From: Macrostomum lignano
Taxonomy: Eukaryota
Length of the DNA: 64,000 nt
NCBI GenBank assembly: GCA_002269645.1
Contig: NIVC01000994.1
Location: 124,001 to 188,000, forward strand
Reading direction: 5' to 3'
A program made the position numbers and the translations under genes. Of this stretch, positions 10,885-23,900 are shown piece after piece. Under the pieces are notes generated by a model, which did not search any database, was not told the origin of the DNA, and was given only the letters and a program-made list of their open reading frames with translations. Position 1 is the stretch's first letter. Each line of letters starts with the position of its first letter.

Positions 10885-12597
10885 GTTAAGAAGCCCACGA
10901 TCACCATTCACCGGACAATGCAGGCCGGTGCAGGACACACGCGTGACCCACACGGGCAGTTGGCGGATAAATCTCTGGAGAGCTCCCGAGTTGCCCAGCG
11001 TCATCAAATTTCTCGCCTATAGCTACTCAACAAGGCAGCTGTGACCACTCGCGTGCAAAGATTTTCTAAGAAATCTCACAAAGTGGTGGTTGGGTGGGGC
11101 GCTCAATCCCCCTTGGGGAATAAGAGGGCTTTGAGTACACAGACTGAGCACACGAGGTCAGAGGATCTATGAGAAAGTGTGTGAGCACCGGCTTAACTCG
11201 ATTTGCCCGTTGAACAATCACTCAACCCGGCTTGAATTGGCTACTCAACACTCATTATTATCCTGTAATAAAATCCCTAACTACCTTGCTAAACTGGCAC
11301 CTTGACAACGACCGAGTCAACAAATAAAACTCGACCGGCTCCCCGCCTTCTCCATACCACCCCCCACTGAGAAGGGCTTTTTTGAATGGTAACCAACTAT
11401 ACGCGCTCCTGTGACCCCACAGTTGCGCCACAGATTGGGAGCTAATTGCACCGGAGGGCAGCGGTAGCGCACAGGCACACAAACACACACAACACGCATT
11501 CTCTCTGCCTGGTTGACTCAGCGGTCGCCACAGCAACAGCGAGAGAAAACTCGCGCACCTTGGGGAATGGGAGTATTATTATTAAACGGACTGGCTTCTC
11601 AGCCGGATTGCGTTGATTTCTCAGTCACCGCCGCAGGCGCTGGAGTTGAGTTCTGTTTTCAAGACAAAATAGGCGAAGAGAGAATGCGTTGAAATTACAC
11701 CTCGGATACCTGCCCCAGGACCTCGCGCAGCTTGAGATCAATTTGAGATATTTAGTCGTCTCGCCTGATCCTGAGGCTACTTTTATCGGATCGCAGCTCG
11801 TTGCTATGCCCCGCTGCTTTGTTTATCAGTGTTTGACATCTGTTGATTCGAGAGTGAGCAGATTTCTGTTGTGAGAATCTGGACCCGACGCTAACACACC
11901 TTGTAGGTTAACAGCTGGGAGACACTGAACAGGCTTAAGGTCTTGCGGAAAGAAGATCTAGGTCAATAGATATTATTATTATGATAGCTAGCAAAAACAA
12001 CAACTACTATTTTACAAAACTGTCTCATACTTTCATATATAGCAAACGAAGTCTTATACTTCACTTCTCCGTCGCATTGTACATCAGTTCATGCGATTCA
12101 ATTCCCGGATTGTCTGTCCATCTGTCTGATCTACGAGTATAGTGCACTGTTTAACCTTCAATACTAATCTCTTTTATCAATAATTCTTTGGGCAAGAGTT
12201 CATCTTTCAAGAAGTGGGTCAATCAAAACGAAGTGCAATTCAAAGTTTGCGCACCGTGCATCCGCTGGAGTGTGTGCTATTTTTAATACTCGCTTGTTTC
12301 AAAATAGCTCCCAGCCTGTTGAAGACTACTGCGGAGAAAACCTGCATAGAAATTCTTCCTTGCGGGCAGCTGGATCAAGATGCAGATGGCAAATGCAGAA
12401 GATGGCAGAGACAGACTAGGAATGAGTGCAAGTGGATTCTGGAGGGTGTGTCTTTAAAAGAGATCAAATGAGGCAGCATCGATGGAACAGCGGAGAAACC
12501 CAAGTGCTTCAGGGTCAGATAGAGGAGAATGGAAAAAAGGTAGACAGAAAAAGAGAGGGTACCTAGATACCGACAGACCATTTTTAGCAAATGGATG

Positions 12598-13257
12598 GGT
12601 GGAAGGCTGAGAGTCAGAGAGGAGAGAGAGGGAAGGCTGAGAGTCAAAGAGAAGAGAGAGAGGGAAGGCTGAGAGTCAAAGAGAAGAGAGAGAGGGAAGG
12701 CTGAGAGTCAAAGAGAAGAGAGAGAGGGAAGGCTGAGAGTCAAAGAGAAGAGAGAGAGGGAAGGCTGAGAGTCAAAGAGAAGAGAGAGAGGGAAGGCTGA
12801 GAGTCAAAGAGAAGAGAGAGAGGGAAGGCTGAGAGTCAAAGAGAAGAGAGAGAGGGAAGGCTGAGAGTCAAAGAGAAGAGAGAGAGGGAAGGCTGAGAGT
12901 CAGAGAGAAGAGAGAGAGGGAAGGCTGAGAATCAGAGAGGAGAGAGAGGGAAGGCTGAGAGTCAGAGAGAAGAGAGAGGGAAGGCTGAGAGTCAGAGAGA
13001 GGAGAGAGAGGGAAGGCTGAGAGTCAGAGAGAAGAGAGAGGGAAGGCTGAGAGTCAGAGAGGAGAGAGAGGGAAGGCTGAGAGTCAGAGAGAGGAAAGAG
13101 AGGGAAGGCTGAGAGTCAAAGAGAAGAGAGAGAGGGAAGGCTGAGAGTCAGAGAGAAGAGAGAGGGAAGGCTGAGAGTCAGAGAGAAGAGAGAGGGAAGA
13201 CTGAGAGTCATGAAGAGGTAGGCTGAGAGTCAGAGAGAGTGGCGAGGCCTGAGACAC
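12598..13257. repeat. ~26-28 bp purine-rich minisatellite (agagagagagggaaggctgagagtcaaagaga)
   Basis: About 23 units read directly. Confidence 0.9.
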
Positions 13258-13872
13258 CTCAGTCTGAAGTGTATGTCTGCATTATTAACTGGCGACACCC
13301 CCAATTAAAGGATAATTATTTAATTGTCCTCAACTATGATGAAGTTCTCAATTATAAAGCTAATCAAAGCACTGCTTGCTACCTGAAATTGTGTTGCACA
13401 ATACAGAAATACGCATACCGAGTTTAAATGGCAAATTATTGTATTGAAAATGTGAGAAATTCAATTTAGTCAATCAATGCTATTTCGATCTGGAATTGAG
13501 TTGGTCAATCCGGACCGACAAACAATTAATAACAATGAGCTGGGGTCAGGCTTGCTCAAACAACGCCAGACAGAGCATCTGTGAATCTGCGAAAGTGATT
13601 GCGTAACCGGGGCATGCGGTGTAGGATTTCAGTGTGTTGTGAAGACCTGAAACTCTCTTGGGAGATGAAGACGCCAGCTTCCAGTAGAACGGAACGAATC
13701 AACGGATGAGTAGAGTCTGATTCGAGTTAGATTGAGTTAAAAAGTATTCAAATACATGAGATCAAATGCTTCCAGTTCCATCCAACGAATTTGAGACCAA
13801 TTCTCAGTGTTTTTTGCTGTTAGTACAGTGTAACTATAATTGTAGAACTCAATGCGGCGGCAGTAGGAACTC

Positions 13873-14345
13873 TCTGAACTGCCCTGAAGTGATGGTCTGA
13901 ACTGCCCTGAAGTGGCGGTCTGAACTGCCCTGAAGTGGCGGTCTGAACTGTCCTGAAGTGATGGTCTGAACTGTCCTGAAGTGACGGTCTGAACTGTCCT
14001 GAAGTGACGGTCTGAACTGTCCTGAAGTGACGGTCTGAACTGTCCTGAAGTGACGGTCTGAAGTGTCCTGAAGTGACGGTCTGAACTGTCCTGAAGTGAC
14101 GGTCTGAACTGTCCTGAAGTGACAGTCTGAACTGTCCTGAAGTGATGGTCTGAACTGTCCTGAAGTGATGGTCTGAACTGTCCTGAAGTGACGGTCTGAG
14201 GTGTCCTGAAGTGATGGTCTGAACTGTCCTGAAGTGACAGTCTGAACTGTCCTGAAGTGATGGTCTGAACTGTCCTGAAGTGATGGTCTGAACTGCCCTG
14301 AAGTGACAGTCTGAACTGTCCTGAAGTGACGGTCTGAGGTGTCCT
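13873..14345. repeat. 23-bp minisatellite (tctgaactgtcctgaagtgacgg)
   Basis: About 20 units; period 23 checked (13981 versus 14004). Confidence 0.92.
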
Positions 14346-14952
14346 GAAACGGCAGTCCAACTATTTCAAACTGGGCAGGCGCAAATGCATCATATTGGGC
14401 AACAATTATAATTGTCTGTGCCTCAATATTTACTCTACTCGTTCATGAATACCAAAGCATTTAATATATTTAGTTTTGGCACCCCCCCCCCCAACTCGTC
14501 CATCTTCTGTTAAAAGAGATGCACTAAGCAAAAATTCCAAACCAAAAACTACCCGCCACATCAAAGCATATTTGCGCAATGTGAACACAAAGTCATAAAT
14601 TTGTAGATGTGGCTCGTAAACACTGACCAGACCTAACCCCAGTGAAACCATGCAAGTTGTGCACCTCGCCAAAGGCTCAAACCGACTCAAAACTCAGGTA
14701 CAGAGACTGCAGTCCATTGTGCCAATTTGTGCCAGACTCAGACGCTGCAAGGCAAAACTCTGTCTGCACGAAGTCCAATGAAGGCTGAGCCCACAGTCAC
14801 TGCCATACGATAGGATGGCGGCGTAGAAAAGAATTTTCATCTGATAAAAACCGTGTCTGCTGTCCAGATAGTGCTAGTTGTAAATCACTGAACTGACCAG
14901 TGGCCGACTGTCAATACTCAAGGTAATAATAATTCAACTGTCTAATTGGAAT

Positions 14953-17900
14953 ATGAAACCGGCTAGCGAATTGCCTCGCCAGCACTGGGACTCTCAGGTA
15001 GAGTTCGTGCTGTCCGCTGTGGGATTCGCCATCGACTTGGCCAACGTGTGGCGGTTTCCCTACCTGTGCTACAAGTATGGCGGCGGTGAGTTGCTGTGCG
15101 GCTGCGGCCAACTGGGGATGGGGTACAGGGGGATGGGGTACAGGGGAATGGGGGACAGGGGATGGGGACAGGGGAATGGGGAACAGGGGGATTGAGAACG
15201 GGGGATTGAGAACAGGGGATGTGGAACGGGGAACGGGGGATGGGGAACGGGGAATGGGGAACGGGGAATGGGGAACGGGGAATGGGGAACGGGGAATGGG
15301 GAACGGGGAATGGGGAACGGGGAATGGGGAACGGGGAATGGGGAACGGGGAATGGGTAATAGGGGAATAGGGAACAGGGGAATGGGTAACAGGGGAATGG
15401 GTAACAGGGGAATGGGGAACAGGGGAATGGGGAACAGGGGATGGGTAAAAGGGGAATGGGGAACAGGGGAATGGGTAATAGGGGAATGGGGAACAGGGGA
15501 ATGGGTAACAGGGGATGGGTAAAAGGGGAATGGGGAACAGGGGAATGGAGAACAGGGGAATGGGTAACAGGGGAATGGGGAACAGGGGAATGGGTAACAG
15601 GGGAATGGGGAACAGGGGAATGGGTAACAGGGGAATGGGTAACAGGGGAATGGGTAACAGGGGAATGGGTAACAGGGGAATGGGTAACAGGGGAATGGGT
15701 AACAGGGGAATGGGTAACAGGGGAATGGGTAACCGGGGAATGGGTTACAGGGGAATGGGTAACAGGGGAATGGGTAACCGGGGAATGGGTTACAGGGGAA
15801 TGGGTAACAGGGGAATGGGTAACGAGGGAGTGTACGGGAAAAGGAAATTGCAAAAATGTAATCAAACGTGCAAGCAATAGCAATAGCGCTAAAAGTACAA
15901 ACTACCCCTACTCCAACACTCCTCAGGCGCCTTCCTCATCCCTTACATCGTGTGCAACATATTCCAAGCGATGCCCCTGCTTTACCTGGAGATCAGCCTG
16001 GGCCAGACACAGCAGGCTGGCTGCATCCAGGTGTGGGACGTGTCACCGGCTGGCAGGGGCATCGGAGTGGCGCAGTGCCTGCTTGGCATCGGCATGTTTT
16101 ATTATAACGTCATGGTTGGCTGGTGCATATTTTTCTTCTTCAACTCGTTCACGGCTGGCGAGCTGCCCTGGATGACCTGCGGGCACGACTTCAACACGCC
16201 ATGGTGCCGCACGGTGGACCAGTTCCGCAATCTGTCTGCGCTCAACCAGACTGGTGACTCTGTGCTCTCGTCTGTTGAGTACTTTGAGTGAGTTGCCTTG
16301 GATCTGAACTGACACCTTTAGATCCGAACTGACACCCTCAGCTCCAATCTGACACCCTCAGATCCGATCTGACACACTCAGATCCAATCTGACACACTCA
16401 GATCCAATCTGACACACTCAGATCCAATCTGACACACTCAGATCCGAACTGACACACTCAGATCCGATCTGACACACTCAGATTTGAACTGACACCCTCA
16501 GATTTGAACTGACACCCTCAGATCCGAACTGACACCTCAGATCCGAACTGACACACTCAGATCCGAACTGACACACTCAGATCCGAACTGACACACTCAG
16601 ATCCGAACTGACACACTCAGATCCAAACAGACACACTCAGCTCCAATCTGACACACTCATATCCAATCTGACACACTCAGATCCAATCTGACACACTCAG
16701 ATCCAATCTGACACACTCATATCCAATCTGACACACTCAGATCCAATCTGACACACTCAGATCCGAACTGACACACTCAGATACGAACTGACACACTCAG
16801 ATCCGAACTGACACACTCAGATCCAAACAGACACACTCAGATCCGAACTGACACACTCAGATCCGAACTGACACACTCAGATCCGAACTGACACACTCAG
16901 ATCCGAACTGACACACTCAGATCCGAACTGACACACTCAGATCCGAACTGACACACTCAGATACGAACTGACGTCCTCCAGTGCACACCAAAGTCGATAA
17001 TTTTAGTAACAGAAACTTTTTCATTTAAAGCCCTAACAAATTAATTAATTTGTCATTGACTTTTTCCCACACTTCTCTAGTTGCCACCCTTTTTGAGTGA
17101 TGATTACTCCGAAGCCAATTGACAGAAATTAGCAAGTCTTTCCTCTAGAATCCCAGCAATAAAAGCAATAAAAGCAACACACAGGCTTCGCTACAAGCAA
17201 TTATGTCAAGTAATAGTTTTTGAGTATCGTTTTGCACCGCCAGCGCAACCCTCGACGCAACCGGGGCCTGCCCGGAAAGTTTGACAGCTTATCGCCTATC
17301 GCCTAAGCTCGCATGCTGGGCAAAATTGCTTCGGCACAGCTGGTCTCATCTCGACAAGTTAATTAAGTCTAATTAGAAGGATAACAATTATCCGCTCAGA
17401 GTGCTGCTGCCGCCACACTGTGGCTTCTTAATTAATTAACAGTCCTCAATTACCCTTGCTAAGTTGAACTTGTGCACTGGACAGATTTACTCCGAACTCT
17501 GAAGCAATAACTTTTGAAATTCTGTGTCATTTAGGGATAAGAGACAGGAGAGTGCCAGAAGAGACAGGAGAGTGCCGGCAGAGAGACATGAGAGTGCCAG
17601 AAGAGACAGGAGAGTTCCAGAAGAGACACGAGAGTGCCAGAATAGACAGGAGAGTGCCGGCAGAGAGACAGGAAAGTGCCAGAAGAGACGGGAGAGTGCC
17701 AGAAGAGACACGAGAGTGCCAGAAGAGAGACAGAAGAGTGCCAGAAGAGACAGGAGAGTGCCAAAAGAGACAGGAGAGTGCCAAAAGAGACAGGAGAGTG
17801 CCAGAAGAGACGGGAGAGTGCCGGCAGAGAGACAGGAGAGTGCCAGAAGAGACACGAGAGTGCCAAAAGAGACAGGAGAGTGCCAGAAGAGACAGGAGAG

Positions 17901-20900
17901 TGCCAAAAGAGACAGGAGAGTGCCAGAAGAGACGAGAGAGTGCCTGCAGAGAGACACGAGAGTGCCAGAAGAGACAGAGTTTCACAATAGCTTTCGTACA
18001 TCTTTACGCAGCTGTCATTCCGAAAGACAGAACTTTAATTAGCAGAAGATAAAAAAAAGTTTGACATGCTGGAGGGTTTAAAGGCGCAGAGTAATCACGG
18101 AGTTGCAGGCCTTCTCCAGCGCTAAATGCGCACTGAAGTGACCTTAACGGTTGGTTCGCCCCCCGCTACTCATCAAGTGCGCACAGTGAGCTATATGCTC
18201 TCACAGTGGAAGACCCAATTAGCCTGAGCAGGCTGCGAATTGAGAACCCTAATTAATTTACAACCTGCTGCTATCTTGGCTGCCTGGCGTCACAAAAAGT
18301 GAGGCGGGCACCGGCTCAGCTGAGCATTTTGAGCGCTTGGTTAGATGAAGAGGACTCGAATTTTAGATTTTTTATTGTTCCTTTCATCGCTAACTCAAGC
18401 GCACTCGAAGCAGGTTGTGTGTGCGCCCCATCGCTCTCATACTCATACTGTCATGATAGCAGCTGCCAGGCAGAAATTAGAGATGGACGGCACCCCCCGC
18501 TCTTGGGGCCACTCTGCGTCGCGAGAAAATTTTGGAAATTGTTCGTTGTTGCTTTATTATCGGAGTTTAAACAGGACGAGAGGGTACAGATGGAGGCACA
18601 TTGTCTTTATGAATCGCAACTTTTGGCACTGCACTTTTTTGAGTTTGTCCTCTCTGAGTTTCACTTTGAGTCCTCTTCTGAGTTTTACTGCATAACTTAG
18701 TTAGTGACAGGTAGAGGGGGAATTAGTGATAGGTAGAGGGGGAATTAGTGACAAATAGAGGGGGATTAGTGATAGGTAGAGGGGGGAATTAGTGACAAAT
18801 AGAGGGGGAATTAGTGACAAATAGAGGGGGATTAGTGACAGGTAGAGGGGGAATTAGTGATAGGTAGAGGGGGAATTAGTGATAGGTAGAGGGGGATTAG
18901 TGATAGGTAGAGGGGGATTAGTGATAGGTAGAGGGGGATTAGTGATAGGTAGAGGGGGGAATTAGTGATAGGTAGAGGGGGATTAGTGATAGGTAGAGGG
19001 GGATTAGTGACAGGTAGAGGGGGAATTAGTGACAGGTAGAGGGGGAATTAGTGACAAATAGAGGGGGAATTAGTGACAAGGTAGAAGGGGAAATTAGTGA
19101 CAGGTACAGGATAGATTAATTAGTGGCAGATATAGAGTGTGAAATTGGAGACAGGTACAGGGGGAAAAGTGACAGGTAGAGGGGGAAAGGTACACGTAGA
19201 TGAGGGAAAAAAGTGACAGGTAGATGCAGGAACAGGTGACGGGTAGAAATTCGTAGAGTATTTAAAATTCCAATTCACTGCAGATTTAAAAAATACAGAT
19301 TTTAAAACGGAGCAAAAATATTAAGCGCTAGCAGACAAACAAAACAACACCGAAAAAACCTCACCTCCCCTGCCAGACGCGGCCTGCTGGCGGTGCACCA
19401 GAGCCCGAACATCGAGACCCTGGGCAGGCCCCGGTTCGTGCTGGTTGCCTGCATCTTCATTGCCTACGCAATCATATTCTTTGCCCTCTGGCGCGGAATC
19501 AAGTCATCCGGCAAGGTGGTGTACATCACCGCCACCATGCCCGTGCTGCTGCTCGTCATCCTGCTGATCAACGGAGTACAGCTGCCTGGCGCCACCAAGG
19601 GTATCGACTATTACATTCGGCCGGACGTGTCCAAGATTGACCTCTTTGTGAGATCCGGTTGATGAATTTGAAGAAAGAGGCTGGGAATAAATAAATATTA
19701 GCAGGAGGATTGTGGGCATCCAGTGGGGGTATTAAAATTTTAACTTCTTAGGCATATGATCTTAACCAGATTCCATATTTTCTAAAATAATATTCTCTCA
19801 AATTCTCTCAAAATCCCATATCCGAAATCCCATATTCCCTTAGTCCGATATCACCACATTCCATGCCTAAATCCCATATCCCCCAAAAAATCCCATATTC
19901 GACTAAATACCATATTCTACCATATCTCAGATTCTAGCGAATCCTGTGTCCCAAATCCCATATCCCCAAATCCCATATCCCCAAATGGCCCATGTCCCCA
20001 AATCCCATATCCAAAGACCTCGTATCCCCCAACTCCAAAGCTTCCCGAAACCCTCATCCCCAACCCGGACAGGCGTGGATCGAGGCCTCAGTGCAGGTGT
20101 TCTACTCAACGGCGGCCGGGTTCGGGGCCACCTGAGCCTGTCCAGCTACAACAAGCGCAGCAGCAACTGCTACCGGGACACCATCATCACCATCGTGTGC
20201 AACGCCTGCTTCAGCTTCCTGTCCGGCTTTGTGGTGTTCGCCTATCTCGGCTACATGGCCGACCTCACCAACCGCAGCGTGGAGGCTGTGGCTTCTGACG
20301 GTGAGTTCAGTGCAGTGCTCAAAGCGTCCAATATAGCAACTCAATGTACTCAGTAAAGCTTACAAATAGTATATTACTTAATGTACTGGTACTCATTAAA
20401 CTTAGCTTAGTCATAGTTCTTTGTATAAATGAAGCACGTAATACTCAGTGTGATTTCAATGCATAATATAATGTTCACTAGCCACTGCACATGTACTTTT
20501 AGTGTTCGGTATAGTAATTTTGTAAAGGTATGTGTGTACCTTTAGGGCTAAGCATATCACTCAGTGTCTTTTTCGAGCTCAATAAAGTATTCAGTGTACT
20601 TTTAATGATCATTAAAGTATTCAGTGTACTTTTAGTGATCAGTAAAGTATTCAGTGTACTTTTAGTGATCAGTAAAGTATTCAGTGTACTTTTAATGATC
20701 ATTAAAGTATTCAATGTACTTTTAGTGATAAGTAAAGTATTCAGTGTACTTTTAGTGATCAGTAAAGTATTCAGTGTACTTTTAATGATCATTAAAGTAT
20801 TCAATGTACTTTTAGTGATAAGTAAAGTATTCAGTGTACTTTTAGTGATCATTAAAGTATTCAATGTACTTTTAGTGATCAGTAAAGTATTCAGTGTACT

Positions 20901-23900
20901 TTTAGTGATCAGTAAAGTATTCAGTGTACTTTTAATGATCATTAAAGTATTCAATGTACTTTTAGTGATAAGTAAAGTATTCAGTGTACTTTTAGTGATC
21001 AGTAAAGTATTCAGTGTACTTTTAATGATCATTAAAGTACTCAATGTACTTTTAGTGATAAGTAAAGTATTCAGTGTACTTTTAGTGATCAGTAAAGTAT
21101 TCAGTGTACTTTTAATGATCATTAAAGTATTCAATGTACTTTTAGTGATAAGTAAAGTATTCAGTGTACTTTTAGTGATCATTAAAGTATTCAATGTACT
21201 TTTAGTGATCAGTAAAGTATTCAGTGTACTTTTAGTGATCAGTAAAGTATTCAGTGTACTTTTAGTAATCAGTAAAGTATTCGGCCATACTCAGTGTATT
21301 AGCGAACATAACCGTAGTACTTATTGTGCTCCCAGTGCTCAATGCACAAAAACTATTTAGTACAGCACACAGACGCTGCAAGAAAACTTTGACCGCTTCG
21401 ATACGGAACCGCAGGTCCCGGCCTGGTGTTCCAAGTCTACCCGCTGGCCGTTGGCACCCTGCCAATTCCGCAGCTCTGGTCCTGCCTGTTCTTCTTCATG
21501 CTCATTAATCTCGGAGTGGACAGCTTTGTGAGCAGTTATCTCGGCTGATAAATTTTGTAAACTTGTGACAAGTAGAAGGGAATTGGTGACAGGTAGAGGG
21601 GAATTGGTGACAGGTAGAGGGGAATTGGTGACAGGTAGAGGGGAATTAGTGACAGGTAGAGGGAATTGGTGACAGATAGATGGGAATTGGTGACGGGTAG
21701 AGGGGAATTGGTGACAGATAGAGGGGAATTAGTGACAGGTAGAGGGGAATTAGTGACAGATAGAGGGGAATTAGTGACAGGTAGAGGGGAATTAGTGATA
21801 GGTAGAGGGGAAATAGTGACAGGTAGAGGGGAATTAGTGACAGGTAGAAGAGAATTAGTGACAGGTAGAGGGGAATTAGTGACAGGTAGAGGGGAATTAG
21901 TGACAGGTAGAGGGGAATTAGTGACAAGTAGAGGGGAATTAGTGACAGGTAGAGGGGAATTAGTGACAAATACAGGGGGAATTAGTGACAGGTAGAGAGG
22001 GAATTGACGGGGCAGGTAGAGAGGACGATTGAAGCCAGGCTGAGATAGATACCGGTATGAGTGGAAAGTTTAGATTCACTGCTGGGACCTCACATTCCAA
22101 CAGCTATTCAATTTAAAATGGCTCCAAAATTAAGCGCGAAGAAACAAGCAAAACACTACTGCAAGTAGCTAATATGTACTAATGCAAAACACTAATTAAG
22201 TCATTGTCAGTGTTTTTTTGGGGGAATATGGGATTTGAGAGTTAGGAGATTTGGGGATACGGGATTTGAGGATATATGTTTTGATGTATTAAAACACTAC
22301 TGCAAATATCTAATGTGCACTAATAGCTAATATGTAGCTAAATATTACTGCAAGTAGCTAGCTTAAAAATTAAAAACAACGTTTAATCTTGGCAGATGAC
22401 TGGCGTGGAGACGGTCCTAACCGGTTTCGGCGAGGTGCTGCTGAAATTCGACTGTATGAATGGCAAATACTTTCGCGTGACCTTCACCTTCTTGTACCTG
22501 TTGCTGCACTTCCTGCTGGCCCTGCTGCTCAGCACTCCGGTGTGTGACACGAGTTATTGCCAGATTTACAGTAGTTGAAATTGCAGAACAACGTTTAAAC
22601 TTTTTCAATTGACGAAATCTCTTAGATTGGGTGCGGGCTAGTCTATAATGAGAAGGCTGTGAGCCAATTCTCAATTTAAATCATGGGTGGGCAGAAGAGA
22701 GGAGAGAGGAGAGGAGAGGAGAGAGGAGAGGAGAGGAGAGGAGAGGAGAGGAGAGGAGAGGAGAGGAGAGAGGAGAGAGGAGAGAGGAGAGAGGAGAAGG
22801 AGAGGAGAGAGGAGAGGAGAGAGGAGAGAGGAGAGAGGAGAGAGGAGAAGGAGAGGAGAGAAGAGAGAGGAGAGGAGAGAGGAGAGGAGAGAGGAGAGAG
22901 AGAGAGAGAGGAGAGAGGAGAGAGGAGAGAGGAGAGAATGTAGAGAAGGGAACTGAGAAGAGCCGCAAACCTTAATTGCTATGGCCGGATTGCTATTTTG
23001 AAGTTTCAAAGGACCCGAGGGCTGGATGGAGAGGCTCTGTGGGCCGCATGTGGCCTGATTAAAATAGAAAAAAAAGAATTTAATTAGAATTTTATTTAAT
23101 TTAAAGTAGATAAGAGCGCGCAGTAGAAAGTCAGAAGGGGGTTGAAAAAGTTGTACACTCTTAGCTTGAGAGGCGATCGATAGCCGATGTACAGCAATTA
23201 AATAAGAATTTTTAAAAGGGCAGAGAGTAGATAAGGCCGCACATGCAAGACTGCGTCTTCTGAACCCCTTCAGGGCGGCATGTACGTCTGGAATCTGCAG
23301 AACAACTTCGTCCCCGGCCTGTCTCTGATCTTCATCGCCTTCTGCGACGCTGTAGCCATCGCCTGGCTGTACGGTGAGATCCGGGATCTTTGTCTGCGTT
23401 TCCCAGGCAAAGAAGTGCGAATGGATTTTAACGGCACAAAATAGTTGTAAAAATGATGCTTTAAAATTTATCAAACTGGCGTAGACAAAAAAAAAGTTGT
23501 CCCAAAAGCGCTAAATGAGTTTTCAAAATGGCGCTTGAATAGCTATCAAAATGGCACTTGAATAGCTATCAAAATGGCACTTGAATAGCTATCAAAATGG
23601 CACTTGAATAGCTATCAAAATGGCACTTGAATAGCTATCAAAATGGCGCTTGAATAGCTATCAAAATGGCACTTGAATGGCTATCAAAATGGCACTTGAA
23701 TAGCTATCAAAATGGCGCTTGAATAGCTATCAAAATGGCACTTGAATAGCTATCAAAATGGCACTTGAATAGCTATCAAAATGGCACTTGAATAGCTATC
23801 AAAATGGCACTTGAATAGCTATCAAAATGGCACTTGAATAGCTATCAAAATGGCGCTTGAATAGCTATCAAAATGGCACTTGAATAGCTATCAAAATGGC

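Noticed and set aside
20499-21360. Hydrophobic [10 protein letters not shown]-repeat membrane protein
   Set aside because: It is a 30-bp intronic minisatellite in SLC6 intron 4.
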